From positions 1,657 to 65,656 of the forward strand of contig JBHLRP010000004.1 in assembly GCA_048882485.1 (NCBI GenBank): a stretch of 64,000 nt of DNA, given 5' to 3'. The notes beneath the pieces are model-generated. The model was not told where the DNA came from, ran no database searches, and saw only the letters and a program-made list of their open reading frames with translations. The position numbers and the translations under genes were made by a program. Origin of the DNA: Candidatus Thorarchaeota archaeon (GTDB taxonomy: Archaea; Asgardarchaeota; Thorarchaeia; Thorarchaeales; Thorarchaeaceae). Below are positions 45,038 through 54,779 of this stretch, in pieces (the first letter of the stretch is position 1; the number at the start of each line of letters is the position of its first letter).

Positions 45038-45793
45038 CTATTCATTTTCCGCTTTACTGGAGGGATTCAAAATGGTCTGTGTTTCGGATCTGCTGAGCTT
45101 CTCGAATTTCCGGGTGCTCACAGGAATCTTGGCGATTTCTACATTGTCAGCAGAAAGATCTGCCTCCGTGGCTTGGCGAAGTGCTTCAAGTGCAAGTTGA
45201 ATGGCTTGATTAAGATTCTGTTTCTTGCTCAGGTCATACTTGCCTTCCAGGTACTCGCCAGCTCTTGCGCTTCCTCGACCAATTACTACTGCCAAATATC
45301 CCCAATAAGTGCCCACTGGATCAGTCACATAAAGGCGTGGCGTATCATCATGATCTGCTGAGCCAATAATCATAGCAACACCGTAGGGTCTTGCTCCGCC
45401 CCCCTGAGTAAACTGGGCTTTCACATCACATATATGCTCAGCTAGAACTTCTCCAGGAATTGGCTCCTCGTAGGTCAGCCAATATGATTGCGCCTTGATT
45501 CTGGCCTCCTGAATCAGTTTTCGCGCATCTGCCATGAGTCCAGATGTCGCTACACCGATGTGTTCATCGATCTTTGAAATCTTCTCTATGCTGTCTGGCT
45601 CTTGAAGATCCTTGATGTTCTTCTCTGCGAGCAGCACAATTCCTTCATTCACAAGGATTCCAATCGATGTAGCTCCTTGTTCGACTGCTTTCTTGGCATA
45701 TTCTGCCGCGAAAATGCGTCCTTCAGGGCTGAAGATGCTGGTTGACATATCATACCCCGCACCAGATATCCCAAACACGGTGTTTTCCTCCAA
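45038..45793 (-). CDS. psmA: Proteasome alpha subunit
   Basis: 'GYDMSTSIFSPEGRIFAAEYAKKAVEQG'. TTG start is required to include the conserved YD. Confidence 0.9.
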   Translation of the reverse strand: MEENTVFGISGAGYDMSTSIFSPEGRIFAAEYAKKAVEQGATSIGILVNEGIVLLAEKNIKDLQEPDSIEKISKIDEHIGVATSGLMADARKLIQEARIKAQSYWLTYEEPIPGEVLAEHICDVKAQFTQGGGARPYGVAMIIGSADHDDTPRLYVTDPVGTYWGYLAVVIGRGSARAGEYLEGKYDLSKKQNLNQAIQLALEALRQATEADLSADNVEIAKIPVSTRKFEKLSRSETQTILNPSSKAENE

Positions 45794-45979
45794 GTAGTCA
45801 ACCTGTCTCTATCCGGAAGCCAGAGCCTCACAGTGGGCAACGCCTGACAATTCCGAATAGTTACTGTCAAACTCCTTTGTTTTACCAGCCCTCGGCATTT
45901 CTGCATCCTAGGCTCAAATGGCCTTCGTTGACCTAGACTCATAAAGCTTCTGGTGTGAATGTAGAAACTTTGTAATCAA

Positions 45980-46378
45980 TCACTCTTGCAGCATGTATAG
46001 ATACACAATAATCGCCAATGAAAGCAACAGCGTGACTATGGCCACACCAGATTCAAACATCAGGAAGGTCATCACAAAGACTACGATGGTGAGGAGAATT
46101 AGCTCCACCCATCCTGCTCGAATCTGAGTCATATAGAGGCGAATATTGACCACCGTGATTGTGAGAAAGAGAAACATCCCTGACATGACCAGTATCTCGA
46201 TTATGAGAGCAAGAAATGGATTCATGTCATTCAGCGCGCCAACGGGACTTGTATTAATGACATCTGGAGCAGACCATGCCCAAAGTGCCAATCCGAGGCT
46301 CAAGAGAACCACTGTAAGAATAACCGTGATGATAGTGGACCGTATAATTTCGCTTCTTTCAGGAATCTCGTCGCTCAA
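45980..46378 (-). CDS. Hypothetical membrane protein (4 TM, 132 aa)
   Basis: Four hydrophobic helices. TTG start. Confidence 0.5.
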   Translation of the reverse strand: MSDEIPERSEIIRSTIITVILTVVLLSLGLALWAWSAPDVINTSPVGALNDMNPFLALIIEILVMSGMFLFLTITVVNIRLYMTQIRAGWVELILLTIVVFVMTFLMFESGVAIVTLLLSLAIIVYLYMLQE

Positions 46379-46532
46379 TGTCTCTCACACCGGGCCTTGG
46401 AGTCCGAGATGTTTCCGTGTCACACTTAAAGATACCGACCGATTAAAGGTCGTTCCCCTTTTGAGAACATGAATGAATGTAGGTGCTTGATGTGAAATGA
46501 ATTTAAGAGAGGCCCCTGCCTGACAAAGCGCG

Positions 46533-47993
46533 GTGCATGGCGTGGGCAGAATCACATCGTACTTCGGTCTACCTGAAGACAAACCACATGTGATTAGACT
46601 CACCAGTATTGCGCTATCACTGAGTACGTTCATGGAAGCCACAATTACAATCTCAACGACGTTCTATCTCATTTTTGTTGCAGAGGCTCTAGGACAAGGA
46701 GATTTCATAGCTGGCATGACCCTAGTTGCTGTTCTGGTGATAATACAAATGGCTGTTCAAACCATTTTCGACTATCCAACAGGAGTCATTGGCGACTGGA
46801 TAGGTCAACGTTACATCCTAGCCACATCATACTTCACATACGCAGCTGCATTCTACGTTGTGTCGCTAGTGACAAGCACGACTCCAATTATATTGCTTGT
46901 CCTCGTCTACATTCTAATGGGCTTCGCTGGATCGCAACAGAGCGGAGCGCTCGGCAGTTGGTTTGATAACAATTGGAGAGTCGCAATGCCTGAAGATGAA
47001 GGACGCAAGCAGTATGGGGTGCTTCAAGGCAAGTGGGGAATGATATCTTGGCTAGCAAATGTCCTCATTCTCATTCCAGGAGGCATTCTGGCTACACTGT
47101 TTGCTCGTGCATGGGTATTTCAAGCGCAATCAGTGCTTTGTATCGTCATAGCCCTTGCATCATGGAGATTAGTACGGAATCTTCCTGAAGCTGATCAGAA
47201 CAGGCAGACAAAGCCAGACTTGGGCGAATATATCTCGCTATTGAAAGAAGGTGTAACATATCTGTTCAGCAGTCAGTACGTGAAGTATCTCTTACTTGGT
47301 TCAATGCTTGTCAACAGCGTTATTGCAGTATGGAGCAACCTCATCCTATTCCCGATGTACTACACATACTTGGTATCCGACGTGGCTGTGGCTAGCTTCC
47401 GTACGATTGTCATGGTTCCTCTTGTGGTATATAGCGAGAGAAGTGGAAACTGGGCAAAGAAATACGATCCGGAGAGGTGGATACCTCGTTTCAGATTCAT
47501 TCAGACGTGCGGGGCTGTGTTCTTCTGGGTGTTCGCAGTATTGATGATTGTGTTTCAACCGCCTCCTGCGAGCTCACCAATGATAGACTACATCCTGCCG
47601 GGTACGGACATTCTATTGCTTAGAGTCCCTATAGCATCACTAGTGCCAGTGTTCCTAATGATTGCTATGTTCTTTGTCTGTGGCGCTTTCCTACAACTTG
47701 GAGGAGTTCTGACTGCACGTGTCTTCGTTGATGCGATTCCAAACAGAGTGAGGAACGGCGTTTACTCTTTGTTCCCAACTGTGGTGTTGATTTTCGCAAT
47801 ACCTCAGATTGCGTTCTTTGGATGGTTGATTCCATTACTGGGAATTTCAGCCACTCTTTTCCTATGTGGATGCATATCGACAATAGGCGTGTTGATGATT
47901 CGTAGGGGTCTAAGCTATCCGAAACCATGGATTCAAGACCCTGAATATCATCTAGAACAAGAGCCTGACCGTCAGGCCGAGGAGGAGTTTTAG
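46533..47993 (+). CDS. MFS-type transporter
   Basis: About 12 hydrophobic helices; 'DYPTGVIGDWIGQR' resembles MFS motif A. Start uncertain (GTG). Confidence 0.65.
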   Translation: MHGVGRITSYFGLPEDKPHVIRLTSIALSLSTFMEATITISTTFYLIFVAEALGQGDFIAGMTLVAVLVIIQMAVQTIFDYPTGVIGDWIGQRYILATSYFTYAAAFYVVSLVTSTTPIILLVLVYILMGFAGSQQSGALGSWFDNNWRVAMPEDEGRKQYGVLQGKWGMISWLANVLILIPGGILATLFARAWVFQAQSVLCIVIALASWRLVRNLPEADQNRQTKPDLGEYISLLKEGVTYLFSSQYVKYLLLGSMLVNSVIAVWSNLILFPMYYTYLVSDVAVASFRTIVMVPLVVYSERSGNWAKKYDPERWIPRFRFIQTCGAVFFWVFAVLMIVFQPPPASSPMIDYILPGTDILLLRVPIASLVPVFLMIAMFFVCGAFLQLGGVLTARVFVDAIPNRVRNGVYSLFPTVVLIFAIPQIAFFGWLIPLLGISATLFLCGCISTIGVLMIRRGLSYPKPWIQDPEYHLEQEPDRQAEEEF

Positions 47994-48373
47994 AACTCGA
48001 CAGAGGTCCCAAGTCGCATGTTATAGACTTGGAACTCTAGTTCAGTCAGTTCATCCTGAAGCTTGCGATATTTCTTATCGAATTCATCTTGACCGATGGT
48101 TCCAGCCTTCTTCTCCATCACAAGTCTCTTTAGCTCGCTTTGACGCTCTCTTATCTTCTCCTTGATCTCTTCCCAGTGACTACGGTGGGTGGATACCGAT
48201 TTGCCCCAGCTCTCACTCGACTTAGAATCCTGCTCGAGCTTGTCAACTACTTCATCGAGAGAGCTCTTAATCTTCTCAGCATCTTTGCTGTCCTCTTTCA
48301 GGCTCAACACCACCTTCACCTCGATTTTGATTCGATATATGCGTTGAGATGAGGCTGTAAACGGTCTATCCAA
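47990..48373 (-). CDS. Coiled-coil protein with a SHOCT-like C-terminus
   Basis: 'LKRLVMEKKAGTIGQDEFDKKYRKLQDEL'. Start uncertain. Confidence 0.45.
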   Translation of the reverse strand: MDRPFTASSQRIYRIKIEVKVVLSLKEDSKDAEKIKSSLDEVVDKLEQDSKSSESWGKSVSTHRSHWEEIKEKIRERQSELKRLVMEKKAGTIGQDEFDKKYRKLQDELTELEFQVYNMRLGTSVEF

Positions 48374-49292
48374 GCAAGAAGGGTAGTATCGGCACCACAG
48401 GGAGAAGTAGAAGGGTCCCTATTGTAACCGCCGTTGCTGCTGATTCTGTGTCCAGCTTTAGACCACCAGCGAATACTACAGTGAACACTGCAGGTGGCAT
48501 GAGCGCCTCAATGAAAACGACCTTCGTCGCCAAATCTGATAGGGCAAAAAGGAACAGCAGAATAACAATCATGATTGGAACAATCAATTGCCGGACTGCA
48601 GCCACTTCCAGACCGCCTATTACATCAACCCTGGAGAATCGTGTGCCAATGCCAAGTCCAACAGTGACTAACGAGAGGTAGGTTGTGATGGTTCCGTTGA
48701 ATGAGAGGATGGAAACGACTTCTGACGGCAATGTAACTCCGACAAGCAATAGCAAAATCGCGAGCAGGACAGCGATGAATGGAGGGAACTTTAGCCATTG
48801 TTCTGTCATGCTCCTCCAATTGGTGCCAGTATCACTATATCTCGAACCAATCATCGATCCCAAGCTGACTAGGAGAAGCATCTGTGTCAGCGAGAACATG
48901 ATAACAAAAGGCACCGCCTGTTCCCCAATGAATAAAATTGCCAATGGGAGAGGGATGAACAGAGCATTTTGAAATGTGGAGCAGAGCAGCAGAACCCCTT
49001 TTCTCCTGTTCTCAATTGTGCTGTTTCTGAGCCGAATATACATGATTAGCGTGCCAGAGAGATGCACAATCAGTGCAGCTAAGAGAACCAGAGGAATTTC
49101 AACCAAGGTTTCTAGAGAAGAGGTGAGTAGTGAGTAAATGACAAGAATGGGTACCAGTAGGTTCACAAGAAGCGCTATCAGGTATTTGTTTACCTCTTGC
49201 CCCCGACCTGAAATCTTGGCGATGGCATAACCTATGACAATCGAACCGTAGAAGGAGCCCAAGTTCAAGACGGGGTCCATTACCTGCAGCAC
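48366..49292 (-). CDS. AEC (auxin efflux carrier) family permease
   Basis: About 10 TM helices. The N-terminus 'VLNLGSFYGSIVIGYAIAKI' is typical of this family. Confidence 0.65.
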   Translation of the reverse strand: MLQVMDPVLNLGSFYGSIVIGYAIAKISGRGQEVNKYLIALLVNLLVPILVIYSLLTSSLETLVEIPLVLLAALIVHLSGTLIMYIRLRNSTIENRRKGVLLLCSTFQNALFIPLPLAILFIGEQAVPFVIMFSLTQMLLLVSLGSMIGSRYSDTGTNWRSMTEQWLKFPPFIAVLLAILLLLVGVTLPSEVVSILSFNGTITTYLSLVTVGLGIGTRFSRVDVIGGLEVAAVRQLIVPIMIVILLFLFALSDLATKVVFIEALMPPAVFTVVFAGGLKLDTESAATAVTIGTLLLLPVVPILPFLLG

Positions 49293-49315
49293 TAACCACC
49301 AGCCTGTTACATCGT

Positions 49316-51094
49316 CTAGAGACCTAATCGCTCAAGTGTTTCAGAAGTGGGCGTTCCCGTTGTCCGATCCCATTCTCGATATTCATAGTAATCGTTCAGT
49401 TGTATTTCCATATCTGGTACAAAATCATCAGTAGCATAGTCAGGCAGTGGTTTTAGGAGTGGAGCAGGAAGACAGTCGTCTTCTGGCTTGAAACCACACT
49501 TGAGATTGAACAGCCGCTTCATTGTGACGGCTCGTGAACCAATCAATAACACATCATTGCTAGTGAGTGACATACCTGTTGCTTTAGTCACAAGTTCCAG
49601 TATTGTATCAAGTGGTACTTGGGCAAAGTGGCACATCATGATGGAGTCAAAAAATGCTCTGAAATCTTGGGCGCGGGCAGCAATATTCCCCTTTCCTTCA
49701 TTCTCCAATCGATCTCCGGAGTAGATTCCTATCGATCGCTCTTCCATTCCGCCCATGTCAACACTATACATGTCGCCCTCCATGTGGCTTGCACCTCTTG
49801 ATGCAGTTGCATATACAGTACCCATCCCTGCGAATGCTCTAGGGTCATGGTTTGGCACTTCTTGGCCTTTAACATGAATGACTAAGTCCGATGCATTGTG
49901 CCTTTTCGCAAAGCGAAAGGAACCCTCAGCCAGCTCATTACCAATGCCTGACCGTGTCCCGATAGCATGGATAAGCTCAATGGCTCTATCTGCATCTCCC
50001 CACTCAAGACCGATATCCAGCTGTCCGAGATCACATAGGTGTGCAGCAAATGCTATTGTACTACCGCAACTAATGGTGTCCAGTCCGTACTGGTTGCAAA
50101 GATTGTTGATGACTGACACCTTCTTCAGATCAGAAACCATCAGATTGGACCCAAATGCTGCAATTGTCTGGAACTCAGGTCCTGCCACCTTTTTGAGGCC
50201 ATGCTCTGGCAAGGTAATCACTCGTCCGCATGCGATAGGACACGAATAGCAGGCTGTTCTGCCAGTCAGGAACTCTTTCATCGCCGTAGAAGTCAATGAA
50301 TCGTATTCAAACTCAGTTTCCTGAAAATACTTGATGGGCATGTCATTGAACATCATCCCGACTTCAACATACATAGAAGTGCCTGAATCGCGAAGATGAT
50401 GCATAACTTCACCCAGAATCTTTGATGATTCTCTGGCAAGACTCGTGAAGCCCTCAGGATCAGCCACTTGTACTCTCTTCGAGCCTGCAATTGTGATTGC
50501 TTTCAATTTCTTCGAGCCCATCACTGCTCCCAATCCACATCTAGCTGCAGCTCTCTCATCCGTCAAGATGGCTGCGAATTTGACGAGATTCTCTCCTGCA
50601 GGGCCTATGCAGGCTACACGAACGCGTCCGAGTTTTTTCTTCAGAGCCTTCTGAACTTCATCCGTCTTCATGCCCCATAGTTCTTCGCCAGAAACGATTC
50701 CAGCTTCACCTTCATTGATGCGTACAACAACGGGGTCGTCAGACCTTCCCTTGATGAGGATTCCATCGAAACCAGAGAATTTCAGATTCGCACCAAAATG
50801 CCCGCCCACATGTGCTTCACCCCAGATACCAGTCAAAGGGGACTTCCCGCAGACTACAAGCCGGCCGGTGCTTGGAGCCAAGGTGCCTGTCAAAGGTCCA
50901 GTCATAAATAATAACATGTTATCTGGACCTAGAGGATCTACAGAAGGATCCATGATATCATGCAGGAGCTTGCTTGCATAGCCACTACCACCAATGAATT
51001 TTGAGGCAATCTGCTCGTCGATGGGAAGAAGGGATGTCGTCTTTTCCGTAAGGTCAACTACAAGTATTTGACCCATATACCCATGCATGTTCAT
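49316..51094 (-). CDS. aor: Aldehyde:ferredoxin oxidoreductase family (tungstopterin) enzyme
   Basis: 'GYMGQILVVDLTEKTTSLLPIDEQIASKFIGGSGYASKLL', 'CYSCPIACGR' ([4Fe-4S]). Start set at ATG 51094, directly after the aldolase stop within 'TAGGAGAAATG'. Confidence 0.9.
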   Translation of the reverse strand: MNMHGYMGQILVVDLTEKTTSLLPIDEQIASKFIGGSGYASKLLHDIMDPSVDPLGPDNMLLFMTGPLTGTLAPSTGRLVVCGKSPLTGIWGEAHVGGHFGANLKFSGFDGILIKGRSDDPVVVRINEGEAGIVSGEELWGMKTDEVQKALKKKLGRVRVACIGPAGENLVKFAAILTDERAAARCGLGAVMGSKKLKAITIAGSKRVQVADPEGFTSLARESSKILGEVMHHLRDSGTSMYVEVGMMFNDMPIKYFQETEFEYDSLTSTAMKEFLTGRTACYSCPIACGRVITLPEHGLKKVAGPEFQTIAAFGSNLMVSDLKKVSVINNLCNQYGLDTISCGSTIAFAAHLCDLGQLDIGLEWGDADRAIELIHAIGTRSGIGNELAEGSFRFAKRHNASDLVIHVKGQEVPNHDPRAFAGMGTVYATASRGASHMEGDMYSVDMGGMEERSIGIYSGDRLENEGKGNIAARAQDFRAFFDSIMMCHFAQVPLDTILELVTKATGMSLTSNDVLLIGSRAVTMKRLFNLKCGFKPEDDCLPAPLLKPLPDYATDDFVPDMEIQLNDYYEYREWDRTTGTPTSETLERLGL

Positions 51095-51099
51095 TTCTC

Positions 51100-51738
51100 C
51101 TAGAAATCCCTCATGATTTCCCACAGGTCTTCCTCATCCTCAACAACATCCTCAGGAAGAGGAATGGGGTCGCCAGCCCGCAGCGCCAGCAGATAAATCC
51201 GGCAGGTTCTCTCGAGAAGGATGGCATTGTCAAGAGCCTTTCTGATATTGTTCCCACAAGTCACGGCACCATGATTAGCAATAAGCACCGCACTTCTCCT
51301 GTCCATGGCCTCAACGACATTCTTAGCCAAGTCCTTTGTCCCTGGCATCGCATAGGAAGTGACGCGAATCTCACCACCCAGCTTTGGAACTACCTCATCC
51401 AGTATTGGAGGAAGAGGCTTTTGGAGAACAGCTAGGGCTGTGGCATATACGCTGTGAGAATGAACAACTGCGTTTGCATCGTTTCGCTGCCTGTATATCT
51501 CTAGATGCGTTGGGATTTCGACACTAGCATTCCGATCAGCTTCAATGACATCACCCTCCATATTTACCACGACTATATCGTCTATAGACATATTGGCGTA
51601 GGGGACTGAGCTTGGTGTGATAACTGCATGCTCATCATTCACTCGGATGCTCGCGTTGCCAGCTGAGATGATGACTAGGTCCTTTCTAATCATCTCACCA
51701 CAAGCTGTTAGAAGTTCCTCTTTCTCAGTTTCATACAT
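51100..51738 (-). CDS. Class II aldolase/adducin-family protein (L-fuculose-1-phosphate-aldolase-like)
   Basis: 'SAGNASIRV', 'PSSVPY', 'EIPTHLEIY', 'AVVHSHSVYATALA', 'LIANHGAVTCG'. Confidence 0.85.
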   Translation of the reverse strand: MYETEKEELLTACGEMIRKDLVIISAGNASIRVNDEHAVITPSSVPYANMSIDDIVVVNMEGDVIEADRNASVEIPTHLEIYRQRNDANAVVHSHSVYATALAVLQKPLPPILDEVVPKLGGEIRVTSYAMPGTKDLAKNVVEAMDRRSAVLIANHGAVTCGNNIRKALDNAILLERTCRIYLLALRAGDPIPLPEDVVEDEEDLWEIMRDF

Positions 51739-53243
51739 TATTCGTCACTTCCTAAGGACCATATCTCTTTCCAGCGAGAGTAGTAGAAATCATACTCAGA
51801 CGCCCGCTCATCTGGTATCAGTGTTGGTTGCCATGACACCATTGCTTCTGAAGCCTTCCTGAGATCAGTATACCAGCCTGCTCCAACTGCAGCGCAGATA
51901 GAGGCTCCGATGAGGCTGCCTTCGAACTCCTTGGGATTCATCACTGGCTTTCGTATGGCATTACTAAGAATCTGTCGCCAGACCTGCGATCTTGAGATAC
52001 CACCAATTGCTTTTACAACTGGAGGGTTCTCATACTCTTGTAATTGCTCTATATTTCCCCGTACTGCAAACGCTATATTCTCAAGAACTGCATGAATCAG
52101 ACTGGCTGAGTCGAGAGGTCTGACCTGGGGCAATGCCGGCTGTGGAAAATGAAGCCGAGCCAGGGGTATGTCAGCCATTCTAGTTGAGTCCATGATTCTG
52201 GGTCCTAGACCAGCAAAAGCCTCGTTGCTTCCCGGGGGAACATCCTTGAGAAGCTCTGGCAATCTGTCAAATGTCTTCTCTCTGCATCTAGCAGGATTCT
52301 CAGAGAGCTCGCATAATAGCCCTATGACCCATTCGATATATGCCCCAGTGAGCATTGCATTACTCTCTAATGTCCACATGCCTGGGACCATATGACAGGA
52401 AGACCATAGTGTCTGTTCAGAGGAGCAGACATGATTGTCCAATGTGAGCATCACAGGAGTTGTACTGCCTGCAATGACTGTGATTTCTCCAGGACTAGCT
52501 TGCGCGGCAAGGAGAGCACAATGTGTGTCAGTGCCACCTTGGATGACAGGTGTACCCTCAGGAAGTCCTGAGTCCTTAGCTGCATTGGGTGTGATACTTC
52601 CAACAACCTCACCAGCCTTTCGCAGGCTGGGAAAAATGGCTTTGTCAATACCCAACGCCGAGAGTATCTCCTCACCCCAATTCCGAGCCTTAATGTCGTA
52701 ACATCCAGTAGCACTGGCAGAGGCTGGCTCTGTGACATACTCACCGCTGAGCCTAAAAGTAATCCAGTCGTTGATTGGAAGAACGTGGGCCACAGCCTCA
52801 CGAATCTCAGGCTCCTCCTCCTCAAACCAAGCCATTCTCGCAGGAGTAAACATCAGGGGGGGCCAGCAACCTGTGACCTCCAAGAACTTCTTTCCTAGAG
52901 CTTCTTCGACTACATATTGGGACATAGCGCCCCGTGCATCGATATTTGGACCACTATAAAGCTCTTTTCCATCAGCATCTAGAAATACTACTCCATGACG
53001 CTGACTCGTGGTGGCCACGCTTTCAATCTTTGAAGAGGGCAGTCCAGAGACCTTCACTGCCTCCTTGGTCACAGTGCATATCAAATCCCAGAAGTGAGAA
53101 GGGTCGAACTCTTTTGCTATCTCAAGAAATTCAGGGGTTTCATATCCCCACGTCCTCCTTCCAAGACCTAGAACCTCTCCTCGTTTTCCAACAATCATGC
53201 AACGAACGCCAGTCGTACCAGCATCTATCGCAGCAACAGGCAC
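51738..53243 (-). CDS. FGGY-family carbohydrate kinase
   Basis: 'AIDAGTTGVRCMIV', 'QGGTDTHCALLAA', 'GGISRSQVWRQILSNA'. Confidence 0.85.
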   Translation of the reverse strand: MPVAAIDAGTTGVRCMIVGKRGEVLGLGRRTWGYETPEFLEIAKEFDPSHFWDLICTVTKEAVKVSGLPSSKIESVATTSQRHGVVFLDADGKELYSGPNIDARGAMSQYVVEEALGKKFLEVTGCWPPLMFTPARMAWFEEEEPEIREAVAHVLPINDWITFRLSGEYVTEPASASATGCYDIKARNWGEEILSALGIDKAIFPSLRKAGEVVGSITPNAAKDSGLPEGTPVIQGGTDTHCALLAAQASPGEITVIAGSTTPVMLTLDNHVCSSEQTLWSSCHMVPGMWTLESNAMLTGAYIEWVIGLLCELSENPARCREKTFDRLPELLKDVPPGSNEAFAGLGPRIMDSTRMADIPLARLHFPQPALPQVRPLDSASLIHAVLENIAFAVRGNIEQLQEYENPPVVKAIGGISRSQVWRQILSNAIRKPVMNPKEFEGSLIGASICAAVGAGWYTDLRKASEAMVSWQPTLIPDERASEYDFYYSRWKEIWSLGSDE

Positions 53244-53244
53244 T

Positions 53245-54261
53245 CTAGATCACCCCCTTCTTCAGGACTTCAGGATTTAGCACATTCTCTGGACGATCAC
53301 CGTTGAGGATTGCTCTAATGTCCCTTGCAATCATCATGGACTGTCGCTCAATCGTGTCAACAGTATTGCCTCCAATATGCGGAGTCACAATAACATTTTC
53401 CAATTCCAGAAACTCATTATCACAGTCCACTGGCTCCATTGAGAATACATCGAGACCAGCACCTGCAATTGATCCTGACTCTAATGCTTGACGAAGTGCA
53501 TGCTCATCTGTAATTGATGCACGGGCAGTGTTGATGAAGATCGCACTCTTCTTCATCATTCCAAACTGCTCAGCTCCAAGCATTCCTTTGGTCTCATCTG
53601 TCGGTGGGCAGTGGACTGTCACTATGTCTGAATTCCTCAGAAGCTCCTCCAAAGAAACTTGCTTTGCATCCACTTCATTTAGTTTCTCTTGAAACACATA
53701 GGGATCAAAGACTAGAATTTCAACACCAAAAGCTTGCAGTCGCTTTGCAACTTCGTGTCCGATTTTTCCTAGACCAATGATTCCAACAGTCCTGCCATGC
53801 AGTTCGAAACCTGTTGTGGTCATGTACATGCGTGCAAAGTCAGAATAGTCATCAACCATGAAGTCATTCTTCAGTAGACGGTCCGCTGTCACGATTCGAC
53901 GTGCTTGACTTAACATCAGAGTGATGGTCAGCTCGGCTACCGCAATTGTGTTTCTGCCTGGTGCTCCAATCACTGGTATGTTCTTGGCTGTAGCTGCAGA
54001 AATCGAAACATTGTTGGGATTGTCTCTTGCTGAAGCTATAATCTTCAAATCAGATTCCTCAATGACCTCTTCCTTAACCTCATCACCCTCAACAATTACA
54101 ATGTCATAGCCACCGTCTTTGATGACGGGAAGGAGCTTGTCCCCGAGGTAGAGCTTGCCAGTCTCAAGCCAACTCTCATGTTGAACCTCTAGTCCTGCAT
54201 CCTCAAGCAGTTTCAACCCCGACTCTGAGAAGGGCGCGGTGATTAGCACCTTCATGGTCAT
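53245..54261 (-). CDS. D-isomer-specific 2-hydroxyacid dehydrogenase (PGDH/D-LDH/GHPR-like)
   Basis: 'GRTVGIIGLGKIGHEVAKRL', 'NTARASITDE', 'DVFSMEP', 'VTPHIGG'. Confidence 0.85.
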   Translation of the reverse strand: MTMKVLITAPFSESGLKLLEDAGLEVQHESWLETGKLYLGDKLLPVIKDGGYDIVIVEGDEVKEEVIEESDLKIIASARDNPNNVSISAATAKNIPVIGAPGRNTIAVAELTITLMLSQARRIVTADRLLKNDFMVDDYSDFARMYMTTTGFELHGRTVGIIGLGKIGHEVAKRLQAFGVEILVFDPYVFQEKLNEVDAKQVSLEELLRNSDIVTVHCPPTDETKGMLGAEQFGMMKKSAIFINTARASITDEHALRQALESGSIAGAGLDVFSMEPVDCDNEFLELENVIVTPHIGGNTVDTIERQSMMIARDIRAILNGDRPENVLNPEVLKKGVI

Positions 54262-54297
54262 AGTCCCCTAGATATCCAGCAGAGAGAGCGGTCCTAG

Positions 54298-54630
54298 CTA
54301 CAGCATCAGCTTCTGTAGCTTGAGAAGGTCTGGAACCTCTCCCTTGGTCTTGAGCTTCCCAGCCTGATAGGCAGCCATAGGACTCTCACTCTTGTCCATA
54401 ATCTTGAGAAAGACTATCGAGTCCATAGTCACAGTCATCTCAGCTTCTACGGTTCCCTCGGCAAGCTCCACTAGCTCGGCATCGCCTATCTTCATGTACA
54501 TCTGAACATCAATGTCGGGGAAGATGAACTGGAGAGTCTTATGGAAATCCTTGAAACGCCGCTGAATCTTGGGATCTTCAAACCGCGTTCCCAGTTCTTT
54601 CAATTGCGCCAAAATCTCATCCTTAGTCAT
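54298..54630 (-). CDS. SCP2 (sterol carrier protein 2-like) domain protein
   Basis: 'MDSIVFLKIMDKSESPMAAYQAGKLKTKGEVPDLLKLQKL' is the characteristic SCP2 C-terminal region. Confidence 0.75.
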   Translation of the reverse strand: MTKDEILAQLKELGTRFEDPKIQRRFKDFHKTLQFIFPDIDVQMYMKIGDAELVELAEGTVEAEMTVTMDSIVFLKIMDKSESPMAAYQAGKLKTKGEVPDLLKLQKLML

Positions 54631-54779
54631 TCAAGCACCACCCAGAATCGCGTGCATTATGCGATATATCTTGTGCGTATATGGACTGGATTTGGACGAA
54701 AAGTGAGTTTGCCGCACAAACTGCTTTGACCGACAAAAAGATTCCATATATTATATGCATTCTATGCGCGTGTTTATCC

